A stretch of DNA of 64,000 bases from Lama guanicoe (lineage: Eukaryota). Made by a program: the position numbers and the translations under genes. Of this stretch, positions 63,811-64,000 are shown in pieces (the first letter of the stretch is position 1; every line of letters begins with the position of its first letter). Location: NCBI GenBank assembly GCA_013239625.1, contig MU056000.1:13219175-13283174 (forward strand), in the 5' to 3' direction. The notes under the pieces are model-generated. The model did no database searches and had not been told where the DNA came from. It was given only the letters and a program-made list of their open reading frames with translations.

Positions 63811-64000
63811 ACTTAATTTGTCTCAAAACAGCTACATTGACCCAGAGATTTGACGCAGTCAATTCTAACTGCTAGTTTTAAATATTAGGTTCAGAATAGG
63901 TTGCTTAGCTATTTCTGCAAGCCTAAAATCCCCAATCTGAAATGCATGAATTTTGTAGAGTTACTTCTATGAGTTATACATTTCTCTTTGTTCCTATCTT

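Overview
AT-rich, CpG-depleted mammalian genomic DNA with no recognisable protein-coding gene, rRNA, tRNA gene, CRISPR array or prokaryote-type feature. Three tRNA-derived SINEs (head GGGGAGGGTATAGCTCAG, body end AAATAAACCTAATTACC) match the camelid Vic-1 type, and the young L1 3' ends fit that lineage. I saw no Alu, Bov-tA or PRE1 copies, so a camelid genome is the best inference. The window is mostly layered transposon fossils: about 14 LTR/ERV elements (solo ERV1, ERVL/MaLR and one ERVK-like LTR, plus two ERVL remnants with recognisable gag and dUTPase/pol coding traces), L1 fragments of several ages, L2/MIR, and Tigger, MER5, MER53 and Charlie1 DNA transposons. The supplied ORFs are chance ORFs or TE remnants. 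I found no convincing new multi-gene system. The best leads are a frame-preserving 21-nt microexon candidate with UGC motifs (58561-58581), other + strand exon-like segments, a possible recursive splice site, two CpG-retaining hairpin pockets, an atypical tailless L1 insertion, nested insertions and local duplications. Family names are from recall of consensus sequences by eye, not from a database search.
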